This document shows, one piece after another, positions 48,109-56,615 of a stretch of DNA of 64,000 bases (positions are counted from its first letter, which is position 1; the number at the start of each line of letters is the position of its first letter). Origin of the DNA: an uncultured Bacteroidales bacterium. GTDB lineage: Bacteria; Bacteroidota; Bacteroidia; Bacteroidales; WCHB1-69. Below the pieces are notes generated by a model. The model was not told the origin of the DNA. It saw only the letters and a list, made by a program, of their open reading frames with translations, and made no database searches. Made by a program: the position numbers and the translations under genes. The stretch is from positions 66,457 to 130,456 of the forward strand of contig CAKUVI010000002.1 of the NCBI GenBank assembly GCA_934699095.1, in the 5' to 3' direction.

Positions 48109-49416
48109 TTATTTCACGCCGGGCTTGCCGAGTAGCTTGAACATGTTTTTCTTGTAGGCTTCAACACCGGGTTGGTCGAATGGGTTGACGTCCAATATGT
48201 AACCGCTCACGGCGCAGCTTATTTCGAAGAAATAGATGAGCTGACCGAGGTTGTATTCGTTTATTTCAGGTATTGAGATCAGCAGATTTGGAACTTTCCC
48301 GTCAACGTGTGCGAGACAAGTACCCTTGCGTGCAATCTGGTTGATTTCGTGTATTGACCTGTGTTGGAGGTAATTGAGGTTGTCAAGGTCTTCGGCGTCG
48401 TGCGGAATTGCAACTTTGTGGTGTGTCTTCTCGACGGCGAGCACGGTCTCAAACAGCTGGCGGGAGCCTTCCTGGATATATTGTCCCAAAGAGTGAAGAT
48501 CGGTTGAGAAGATGGCGCCTGCGGGGAATATGCCCTTGCCTTCCTTGCCCTCGCTCTCGCCGAACAGCTGCTTGTACCATTCTATGAAGTAGAAAAGCTG
48601 GGGCTCGAATGAGGTCATAAGTTCAACTCTAAGGTTGTCCTGATACAACAGGTTTCTGACTGCAGCGTATTGAAGCACAGGGTTTTCTGCAAAGGTTGGA
48701 TTTTCGGTCACAAACTTCATCATGTCCTTTGCGCCACGCACCAGCTCGCGTATGTTGAAGCCCGCGAAGGCTATCGGCAGGAGTCCCACGGGTGTGAGCA
48801 CCGAATAACGGCCTCCCACATCGTCAGGGATCACGAAAGACGGGTAGTTCTCTTTGTCGGACATGGTTTTCAGGGCACCGCGCCGCGCATCCGTGATGGT
48901 GATTATCCTCTGCTTGGCCGCCTCTACACCATACTTTTCCTCGCAATGTCTTTTCAAAATCCGGAAAGCCAATGCGGGCTCTGTTGTGGTGCCTGATTTT
49001 GAGATGACAACCAGTGAGTAGTCACGGCTGTCCAAAACCTCCATCAAATCGTGGATGTAGTCCTCGCTGATGTTGTTGCCTGCGTACAGAATATGTGGCC
49101 TGCCGTTGTTGACGTATGGGGCGAACGAGTGCTGCAGCGCCTCTATGACTGCCCGCGCACCAAGGTACGAACCGCCGATGCCGATCACGACAACCACTTC
49201 CGACTTCGGTGCAAATACTTTTACGCAATTCTCGATTCTGGAAATATCTTCTTCGGTTATATCCCCCGGCAAGGTCACCCATCCGAGGAAGTCGTTACCG
49301 CGCCCTTCTTTCTTGAGGGCCTTCTGTAATGCGTCTTCTGACACATTTTTCAGGGCGTTAAGCCTTTTTTCTTCTAATGCGAATGCCGCATCTTCGTAGG
49401 TAAATTTTATATTCAT
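48109..49416 (-). CDS. pgi: glucose-6-phosphate isomerase
   Basis: IGIGGSYLGARA, SKSGTTTEP and GGRYS motifs, about 435 aa. Confidence 0.92.
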   Translation of the reverse strand: MNIKFTYEDAAFALEEKRLNALKNVSEDALQKALKKEGRGNDFLGWVTLPGDITEEDISRIENCVKVFAPKSEVVVVIGIGGSYLGARAVIEALQHSFAPYVNNGRPHILYAGNNISEDYIHDLMEVLDSRDYSLVVISKSGTTTEPALAFRILKRHCEEKYGVEAAKQRIITITDARRGALKTMSDKENYPSFVIPDDVGGRYSVLTPVGLLPIAFAGFNIRELVRGAKDMMKFVTENPTFAENPVLQYAAVRNLLYQDNLRVELMTSFEPQLFYFIEWYKQLFGESEGKEGKGIFPAGAIFSTDLHSLGQYIQEGSRQLFETVLAVEKTHHKVAIPHDAEDLDNLNYLQHRSIHEINQIARKGTCLAHVDGKVPNLLISIPEINEYNLGQLIYFFEISCAVSGYILDVNPFDQPGVEAYKKNMFKLLGKPGVK

Positions 49417-49505
49417 AATCTTATTGTTTAATTCCTAAAAATATTTACCAACTTCACAAAGTGCAATATTACAAAAAAAATAAATCTATGAAACAATAAA
49501 AAAAC

Positions 49506-49513
49506 TACATTTG
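49506..49513 (+). promoter_or_regulatory. Bacteroidota -7 promoter box (TACATTTG) ahead of the PHP-DRTGG-GHKL genes
   Basis: Consensus match about 58 nt upstream of the 49571 ATG. Confidence 0.4.
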
Positions 49514-49570
49514 CAAACTTGTTATTTTTAATATTTTTCACGAGCGGTTTTGAATATATAATCTTCGGCA

Positions 49571-50314
49571 ATGAACATTTACAAAGCGGATTTGCATACC
49601 CACACACTCCTCTCACCATGCGGTGACTTGGACATGACACCTGAGAATATCATCTCCCTTGCATTGGAAAAAGGGATTGATGTGATTGCAATCACCGACC
49701 ATAACGCTACCCGTCATTGCAGATTGGCTGAACATTACTCCCATAACCGCGACATCTTCGTGCTCTACGGCGCTGAAGTCACCACTAAAGAAGAGGCCCA
49801 TTGCCTTGCCTATTTCGGCGACTACGATTCTTTAGACAAGTTTCAGGAATATTTGGATGAACACCTTCCAGATATTCCAAACGACCCGGATTTCTTCGGC
49901 GACCAGGTGCAGATCGACGAGGATATGAATATTGTTTATGAAGAACCGCGCCTCCTCACCTCGGCCATCGACCAGAATGTGAACCAGATAGCCGACAAGG
50001 TGCATTCTCTCGGCGGCCTTTTCGTGCCGGCTCATATCGACAAACAGAAAAACAGCCTCATCGGACAGCTCGGCTTCATTCCGTTTGACCTTGAATATGA
50101 TGCTGTAGAATTGTCGGAACACGGAAATAAAGATGAGATTTTAAAAGTACATAAATATCTGAAAAACAAGATGTTTACACGCAGCTCTGATGCTCATATC
50201 CCCGACAGGGTTGGAGTTTCTCCGTGTTATTTGAGGATGGAAACCCGAAGTTTTGATGAAATAGCAAAGGCCCTTCGCGGTGAGGATGGCAGAGAAGTGC
50301 TGCTTTCAATATAG
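49571..50314 (+). CDS. PHP-domain metal-dependent phosphoesterase
   Basis: ADLHTHTLLSPCGD and AITDHN motifs of the PHP family. Confidence 0.8.
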   Translation: MNIYKADLHTHTLLSPCGDLDMTPENIISLALEKGIDVIAITDHNATRHCRLAEHYSHNRDIFVLYGAEVTTKEEAHCLAYFGDYDSLDKFQEYLDEHLPDIPNDPDFFGDQVQIDEDMNIVYEEPRLLTSAIDQNVNQIADKVHSLGGLFVPAHIDKQKNSLIGQLGFIPFDLEYDAVELSEHGNKDEILKVHKYLKNKMFTRSSDAHIPDRVGVSPCYLRMETRSFDEIAKALRGEDGREVLLSI

Positions 50315-50347
50315 TTTTTATGGAATTTTAACACAATATTTATAGAT

Positions 50348-50683
50348 ATGACAGTAAAAGAATTAGTAGAAAAGATGAATCTCACCGTTTTTTGTGGTGA
50401 AAATAATATGGATACAGAAATAAAGGGAGGCTATGTGTCAGACCTTCTGAGTGATGTGATGGGCTTTGCGCAGGAAGGCCATGCATGGGTTACTCTTCAG
50501 ACTCACAAGAATGTGATTGCAATCGCCTCGCTGAAGGAGTTGGCATGTGTGATACTTGTCAAGGGAAACAAACCGGATGACGATATGCTTGAACAAGCAA
50601 AAGAGGAGGATATACCAGTGCTTGGCACGACGGAACAGACCTTCGAAGTGGCCGGCCAACTATATATGTACTTAAAAGCCTAA
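50348..50683 (+). CDS. DRTGG-domain protein
   Basis: 111 aa, typical of single-domain DRTGG proteins (GGYVSDLLSDVM..., VILVKGNKP...IPVLGT). Confidence 0.65.
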   Translation: MTVKELVEKMNLTVFCGENNMDTEIKGGYVSDLLSDVMGFAQEGHAWVTLQTHKNVIAIASLKELACVILVKGNKPDDDMLEQAKEEDIPVLGTTEQTFEVAGQLYMYLKA

Positions 50684-50686
50684 GCC

Positions 50687-51229
50687 ATGAAGGATTTGTC
50701 GATGCACATTATGGATATTCTCCAGAATTCCACACGTGCTAAAGCAAAAAACATCACTTTGGAGGTTGCAGAAGACCATTCTGCCGACACCTTGACTCTC
50801 GTCTTCAAGGATGACGGCTGCGGAATGAGTCCTGAAATGGTGAAGAACGTCGTCAATCCTTTTTTCACCACACGCACTACCCGCAAGGTCGGTCTCGGAC
50901 TGCCGCTTCTCAAACAGAATGCTGAGATGACGGGAGGTTCAATGAATATTGAGAGTGCTGAAGGTGTGGGTACGACAGTGACAGCTGTGTTCGGTCTCTC
51001 AAACATCGACCGCCCACCGATGGGCGACCTCGCCGGCACAATGGTGCTTACAATCGCAGCACATCCGGAGATCCATTTCGTGTTCCATTTTGAGAGGAAA
51101 AATTCCGAAAAGGATGTCGATTATGTGTTGGATACCACAGAATTGTATGAGGCCTTGGATGGTGTATCACTTCAGGAACCAGAGGTGATGTCGTATATCA
51201 AAGAGATGATAGAAGAAAATATAATGTAG
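50687..51229 (+). CDS. GHKL-type ATP-binding protein (anti-sigma/histidine-kinase-like ATPase, no sensor or DHp domain)
   Basis: N box (ILQNSTRA), G1 DDGCGM, G2 GLGLPL. 180 aa. Confidence 0.75.
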   Translation: MKDLSMHIMDILQNSTRAKAKNITLEVAEDHSADTLTLVFKDDGCGMSPEMVKNVVNPFFTTRTTRKVGLGLPLLKQNAEMTGGSMNIESAEGVGTTVTAVFGLSNIDRPPMGDLAGTMVLTIAAHPEIHFVFHFERKNSEKDVDYVLDTTELYEALDGVSLQEPEVMSYIKEMIEENIM

Positions 51230-51230
51230 A

Positions 51231-51914
51231 TTATAAAAGATTGGCTATCAGTCGTTTTACTAATACGGGGTCTGTTTCACAGGCTCCGTTTTTGTTTGTG
51301 CGTTTGCAGGAGCCGTGAATTTCATCAACGCCGGTATGTGACTTCAGTTCTGCTGCATTATCAGGGGTGATACCGCTTCCGGCGAGAATGGCTATCCGTC
51401 CGTCGGCTTTGACGACTAACTTTTTCAGTGTCTCGATGCCTTCAACTGCGGTGGGCTTACATCCTGATGTGAGAATTCGTTTGCATCCGCAATCAATAAT
51501 GTCGTCTATGGCGGCAAACGGGTCATTGCATTCGTCGAACGCCCTGTGAAACGTGACAGGCAGAGGTGACGATAACTCCACAAAGTGTTTTGTGAGTTTT
51601 TTGTCGATGTGGCCGTCTTCAGTCAGAAAGCCGACAACAATGCCTGCAGCCCCAAGTTGTTTGCAGATTTTAACATCCTCTTCCATGATCTTGATTTCCA
51701 ATTGGTTATAGTGAAAATCACCACTTCTTGGGCGTACAAGCACGAAAACATCCAATCCGAGGTCTTGAGTTGTATGTTTGATAGCGGCGTATGAGGGAGT
51801 GGTGCCGCCCTCAGACAGGGCTTGGCACAACTCGATGCGTTTGGCGCCGGCATTTTTGGCATTCATTGCAGATTGGATCGAACTGCAGCAGATTTCAATG
51901 TCGTTGATGGTCAT
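51231..51914 (-). CDS. cutC: copper homeostasis protein CutC
   Basis: EICCSS...A..GA.RIELC and FHRAFD motifs, 227 aa. Confidence 0.88.
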   Translation of the reverse strand: MTINDIEICCSSIQSAMNAKNAGAKRIELCQALSEGGTTPSYAAIKHTTQDLGLDVFVLVRPRSGDFHYNQLEIKIMEEDVKICKQLGAAGIVVGFLTEDGHIDKKLTKHFVELSSPLPVTFHRAFDECNDPFAAIDDIIDCGCKRILTSGCKPTAVEGIETLKKLVVKADGRIAILAGSGITPDNAAELKSHTGVDEIHGSCKRTNKNGACETDPVLVKRLIANLL

Positions 51915-51916
51915 GG

Positions 51917-52969
51917 CTATTCTTCTGTGTGGTTGTTTTCGGCTGAGAGTTCACCGCGAAGAGAGGTCTCCATCAGTTGTCTCACTTCGGACGGGTCTGA
52001 TACATTGGCGAGCAGGTACATGAGTTTTGTGACTGCAGCTTCGGTGGTCATGTCATGGCCGCTGAGCACACCAATGTCGGAGAGGTGTTTGCCGGTGAGG
52101 TATTTGCCCATCTCAACTCCGCCGCCGTGTTTGCATTGAGTTATATTGACGATGACCAGGCCTCGTCCAATGGCCTCTTTCAATGCAGAGATGAAGGAGT
52201 TGTTGGTGGGGGCGTTGCCCACGCCGAATGTTTCAAGAACTACAGCCTTGAGTCCTGGCGTGTTGAGAATGTTGCTCAGAAGCATCTGGCTCATACCGGG
52301 GAAAATCTTGACCACAGCCACATTGTTGTCCATTTTTTCATGTATTGTGAACGGCTTGCTTTCGTCAGATGAAAGCAGGAAGTGCTTGTGGTAGTCGATA
52401 TATGTGCCAACCTCAGCTAATTTGGGATAGTTTGGGGAGTGGAAGGCATTAAATCGGGACGCGTCAGCCTTGTAGGTGCGGTTTCCCCTGTATAGGGCGT
52501 TCTGGAAGCAAACGCACACCTCCTTGACGATGGGCTTGCCCTGGTGATGAGCTGCCGCGAACTCAATGGCATTCAAGATGTTGCGTCGCCCGTCAGTGCG
52601 TATGACACCTAAAGGAAGCTGCGATCCAGTGAGGATTACAGGCTTGGCAAGGTTTTCCAGAAGAAAACTAAGTGCCGAAGCAGTGTATGCCATAGTGTCG
52701 GTGCCGTGGAGCACCACAAATCCGTCAAACTCATTGTAGTTCTCGGAAATGCACTTGGCGAGTCGGATCCAGAATTCCGGATTGGTGTCTGACGAGTCTA
52801 TGAGCGGGAGAAGGTCCTTGAATGTAAGTTCGGCATCTACAAGTGGAAGCATCGGAAGCTGGTGGTATATGTCCTTGAACTCAAAAGGAACTAACGATTT
52901 GGTCACAGGATCCATCATCATCCCGATGGTTCCACCGGTGTAGATTACCAATATTTTACGTTTATCCAT
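51917..52969 (-). CDS. ansA: type I L-asparaginase
   Basis: YTGGTIGM threonine motif and HGTDTM, 350 aa. Confidence 0.88.
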   Translation of the reverse strand: MDKRKILVIYTGGTIGMMMDPVTKSLVPFEFKDIYHQLPMLPLVDAELTFKDLLPLIDSSDTNPEFWIRLAKCISENYNEFDGFVVLHGTDTMAYTASALSFLLENLAKPVILTGSQLPLGVIRTDGRRNILNAIEFAAAHHQGKPIVKEVCVCFQNALYRGNRTYKADASRFNAFHSPNYPKLAEVGTYIDYHKHFLLSSDESKPFTIHEKMDNNVAVVKIFPGMSQMLLSNILNTPGLKAVVLETFGVGNAPTNNSFISALKEAIGRGLVIVNITQCKHGGGVEMGKYLTGKHLSDIGVLSGHDMTTEAAVTKLMYLLANVSDPSEVRQLMETSLRGELSAENNHTEE

Positions 52970-53008
52970 GTCGATATTCAGAAAAACGGTTTGTCTTAAG
53001 GTCTTATT

Positions 53009-54406
53009 CTAGATGTGTACGCATTCGTTGTATGCCACAGCCACGGCCTCCATTATGGCTTCAGACATGGTCGGGTGGGGGAATACGGCTGAGATCACTT
53101 CAGGTCCTGTGATACCCATCTTGCGTGCCATGACCGCGCCAGCGATCATCTCTGTCACATTGTCGCCTATGAGGTGACAACCGAGCCATTTGTTGGTGTT
53201 CTTGTCGAAGATGACTTTCACAAGTCCGTCGCGGTTGCCTGAAGCGGCAGCCTTGCCGGAAGCTGTGAACGGGAACTTGCCCACTAAGATATCAATACCT
53301 TGTTCCTTGCAGGCGCGTTCAGTCATTCCCACGGAGGCGATTTCGGGCGTCGTGTAGGTGCATCCAGGGATGTTGGCGTAGTCAACAGGTTCCGGATTGC
53401 CGCCGGCGATCTTCTCCACGCAGACAAGGGCTTCGTGAGATGCCACGTGCGCGAGTGCCGGTCCGTGAACGATGTCGCCGATGGCGTACACGCCCTCAAC
53501 GTTTGTACGGTAGTAGTCGTCAACGACCACTTTGCCGCGCTCAACGCTTACTCCGCATTCTTCAAGGCCGAGCCCTTCGAGATTTGTGGTCACACCCACG
53601 GCCGAAAGAACCACGTCGCAGGTGAGTTCTGTGATTTTATCTTTTGAGTCTTTGACGGTCACTACACACTGGTTGTCAACGATTTCTACCTTTTCAACTG
53701 CAGCGCCGGTCATAGTCTTGATGCCGTGTTTGCGGAAACAGCGTGCGAGTTGTGCGGCCACGTCGTCGTCTTCCACTGGAACGAGGCGCGGCATATATTC
53801 CACGATTGTTACCTGGGTGCCCATGGTGGAATAGAAGTATGCCAATTCGCTGCCTATGGCGCCGGATCCCATGACCACCATCGACTTGGGGAGCTCGGGA
53901 AGTGTGAGTGCCTCGCGGTAGCCGATGATATGCTTTCCGTCTTGCTGCACGTTGGGCAGACTGCGTGAGCGTGCGCCCGTGGCCAAGATTATGTGTTTGG
54001 CTTCGTAGGTCTCGGTGCTGCCGTCTGCGGCTGTCACTTCCACCTGATGAGCACCGGCAAGCTTGCCGAATCCAGCTATCACGTCAACATTGTTCTTCTT
54101 GAGAAGATATTGAACGCCCTTGCTCATGTTCTCGGCCACACCGCGACTGCGTTTTACCACAGCCTGAAAATCGGGTGTTGCGTTGCCGTCGAGTGTTATG
54201 CCGTATTCGGCGGCATGTGACATATATTTATATACTTGCGCCGACTTCAGGAGGGCTTTTGTCGGGATGCAACCCCAGTTGAGACAGATGCCGCCGAGTT
54301 CGGCGCGCTCCACAACCGCGGTTTTGAGATTCAACTGGCTGGCCCTGATGGCTGCCACATAGCCTCCCGGACCGCTTCCTATCACTATCAGATCGTAACT
54401 TGTCAT
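53009..54406 (-). CDS. lpdA: dihydrolipoyl dehydrogenase
   Basis: GSGPGGY, redox disulfide GGICLNWGCIPTK, C-terminal HPTMSE. Confidence 0.93.
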   Translation of the reverse strand: MTSYDLIVIGSGPGGYVAAIRASQLNLKTAVVERAELGGICLNWGCIPTKALLKSAQVYKYMSHAAEYGITLDGNATPDFQAVVKRSRGVAENMSKGVQYLLKKNNVDVIAGFGKLAGAHQVEVTAADGSTETYEAKHIILATGARSRSLPNVQQDGKHIIGYREALTLPELPKSMVVMGSGAIGSELAYFYSTMGTQVTIVEYMPRLVPVEDDDVAAQLARCFRKHGIKTMTGAAVEKVEIVDNQCVVTVKDSKDKITELTCDVVLSAVGVTTNLEGLGLEECGVSVERGKVVVDDYYRTNVEGVYAIGDIVHGPALAHVASHEALVCVEKIAGGNPEPVDYANIPGCTYTTPEIASVGMTERACKEQGIDILVGKFPFTASGKAAASGNRDGLVKVIFDKNTNKWLGCHLIGDNVTEMIAGAVMARKMGITGPEVISAVFPHPTMSEAIMEAVAVAYNECVHI

Positions 54407-54418
54407 GTTTGTCTTGTT

Positions 54419-55351
54419 TTATACGAAATAATGAGATGAAATAGAGGTGTTGTCTTCCACGCTTTGGATGATTTCTGCGAGGAGAGGAGCCACTGACACG
54501 ACTTTCACCTTGTCGCATGGGCGTCTCAAAGGAATGGTGTCGGTTATGAGGACCTCGTCAAGCACTGAATTCTCGATGTTCTCAAGTGCTGAGCCAGAGA
54601 AAAGGCCATGGGCGCACATTGCGCGTACACTCTTGGCACCCATTTCCTTGATGCGGGCGGCAGCCTTGCACAATGTGCCGGCGGTGTCGATGATGTCGTC
54701 AACCAAAATCACGTTCTTGTCCTTCACATCACCGATGATTTGCAATGATGCAACTTCATTCTGCTTCTCACGCTGCTTGTAGCCTATGGCCAGTTCGCAG
54801 TTCAGGGCTTTGGCGTATGTCGATGCACGTTTAGTGCCGCCTGTGTCAGGCGAAGCTATGCTGATGTTGTCCCAGTTGGCGTTCTTCACCATCGGGATGA
54901 ACACGTTGGACGCGAATAAATGGTCAACAGGCACTTCGAAGAAACCTTGGATCTGGTCTGCGTGCAGATCCATCGTGATGACTCTGCTCACACCTGCAGC
55001 GGTGAGGAGGTTGCACATCAACTTGGCTCCTATGGATGTTCTGGGCTTGTCTTTGCGGTCTTGTCGCGCATAGCCGAAATAAGGAATCACGGCTACTATG
55101 CTGCGGGCTGAAGCTCGCTTTGCTGCATCTATGGCAATCAACAACTCTATGATGTTGTCTGCTGGCGAGAATGTGGATTGGATGATGAACACATCGCGGC
55201 CACGGATGGTCTCGTTGTAATAAACCTGGATTTCTCCATCCTTGAATTGTAGAATGTCAACCGACAAAAGCGGCTTGTTTAAGCATTCTGCAATGTGCTG
55301 CGCTAACTTTGGGTTGGAACGACCGGCAACCAATACGTAATCTTGATTCAT
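54419..55351 (-). CDS. prs: ribose-phosphate pyrophosphokinase
   Basis: PYFGYARQDRK and LVDDIIDTAGT motifs. Start preferred at MNQDY (55351). The ORF extends to 55408. Confidence 0.92.
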   Translation of the reverse strand: MNQDYVLVAGRSNPKLAQHIAECLNKPLLSVDILQFKDGEIQVYYNETIRGRDVFIIQSTFSPADNIIELLIAIDAAKRASARSIVAVIPYFGYARQDRKDKPRTSIGAKLMCNLLTAAGVSRVITMDLHADQIQGFFEVPVDHLFASNVFIPMVKNANWDNISIASPDTGGTKRASTYAKALNCELAIGYKQREKQNEVASLQIIGDVKDKNVILVDDIIDTAGTLCKAAARIKEMGAKSVRAMCAHGLFSGSALENIENSVLDEVLITDTIPLRRPCDKVKVVSVAPLLAEIIQSVEDNTSISSHYFV

Positions 55352-55639
55352 AAAACTTTGATATTTAATATTATACGTTTTTTTCTTTTCCTTTGCAAAA
55401 GTAATCACTAACTTAATACGTTGGATAAAAACTTGTTACAAGTTATTAACAAAAGAATTGATGCGCGTTTTCACCTCTTTAGGGTGTCCTCTGTGTGGAA
55501 AATATTGGCGTTTTCTTCCTTTTATTCGACGTGTAAAAATGCAACAAATTTGCAAGTTGATGTATAAATATCTGATAATGAATATTTTATGTGTATATAA
55601 TAATTTTATTTTTATGGAATTTTAAGATGAAAAAAATTA

Positions 55640-55647
55640 TATCTTTG
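55640..55647 (+). promoter_or_regulatory. Bacteroidota -7 promoter box (TATCTTTG) for tRNA-Pro
   Basis: TATCTTTGCAGCC context, 18 nt before the tRNA 5' end. Confidence 0.5.
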
Positions 55648-55664
55648 CAGCCGTGAAAGTGATT

Positions 55665-55738
55665 CGGGGTGTGGCGCAGTTGGCTAGCGCACTTGCATGG
55701 GGTGCAAGGGGTCGGAAGTTCGAGTCTTCTCACCCCGA
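55665..55738 (+). tRNA. tRNA-Pro (anticodon GGG)
   Basis: Hand fold: acceptor CGGGGTG/CACCCCG, anticodon stem CTTGC/GCAAG with loop ATGGGGT (G37), T-loop TTCGAGT. Confidence 0.88.
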
Positions 55739-55793
55739 CGAGCTTTTATAAAAAGTTTGTTTTTCATAAGATTAGATTTTAATTACAGAGATT

Positions 55794-55825
55794 GGAGATT
55801 TCAGGTTTGAGATCTCCTTTTTCTT
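55794..55825 (+). terminator. terminator-like hairpin GGAGAT...ATCTCC followed by TTTTTCTTTT
   Basis: 6-bp stem with a 12-nt loop and a T-rich tail, downstream of tRNA-Pro. Confidence 0.45.
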
Positions 55826-55939
55826 TTCATTAAAAGAGCAAAAGCGTTGTGTGCCAACTTAAATCATCTGCTTGGTATTTAAACGTAGGTTTTTGTTAAG
55901 CAGGCAGATTACTTTGCAGGAAACTTATTCGTTAATTTG

Positions 55940-56013
55940 AATCCCCTGAAGGGGATTGAATTTTGGCTGGGGAATCTTTTCCATCCTACCGGGCTTTATC
56001 CCCTGACGGGGAT
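55940..56013 (+). repeat. two CCCC/GGGG hairpin modules (AATCCCC-TGAA-GGGGATT; TACCGGGCTTTATCCCC-TGAC-GGGGAT)
   Basis: The second module shares the TACCGGGCTTTATCCCC prefix with 7501-7527. Confidence 0.7.
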
Positions 56014-56038
56014 TAATTGATTGAAAATATTGGCTGCT

Positions 56039-56386
56039 CTCTCCTTTGGAGAGTTTGTTAGTTGTTTCGCACGTGGGCTGGGCTGGCCGACATTGGGGGG
56101 CGGGGTCGCCGTGAATGGCGGAAGCGTTACAACAGCGTGCAGAGGCGCTTGCGTTTATAAAATGCAAATAGCCTGCGGCACACTGCTCGGTTTTTGTCGT
56201 ACCGCTTGCATTTTATAGACCTCTGCCGCTGTTGTTAGGTTCCGACAGAGCGGGCGGGCTTTAATGTCGGCTTGATTTTTTGGTTACTTTTTACATAAAC
56301 TGCTCTCGCTCGGAAAAGCAAGCTAGCTTTCTTTTCTCTCGCTTTACCGCAGTTTTGATCAAGCAAAAAGTAACATAAAAACGCTT
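56039..56386 (+). repeat. composite intergenic repeat (blocks A+B with a 127-bp insertion), inverted partner of 24570..24797
   Basis: 56039-56092 and 56220-56386 match the reverse complement of 24744-24797 and 24570-24735. 56093-56219 is extra sequence with its own inverted repeat (TTTATAAAATGCAA / TTGCATTTTATAGA). A 59-nt element lies at 56297-56355. Confidence 0.85.
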
Positions 56387-56615
56387 GACATAACCCACCC
56401 TTGTAGCAACCGCTGGGGACGCGGTTGTTCCCATATCGAAGATACGTGCCAGACACGTCTCTACAAATATTGCTGTAATAAATAGTAGGTTTTTTATCAG
56501 ACAGTAACAGTATGTCTTCATTTACATACCATCTAAATGTGGATTGCAGATGAACCTGATGCAAAGTATAGACAGGTTTGGAAAGCCTTGAAATATCCTC
56601 TGTTTAAACGTTAAT

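Noticed and set aside
55665-56615. Prophage or integrative element inserted at tRNA-Pro.
   Set aside because: No integrase, excisionase, phage or conjugation genes, and no duplicated tRNA 3' end that I could see. Only short repeats remain. Kept as a low-key finding (possible scar), not as a mobile element call.
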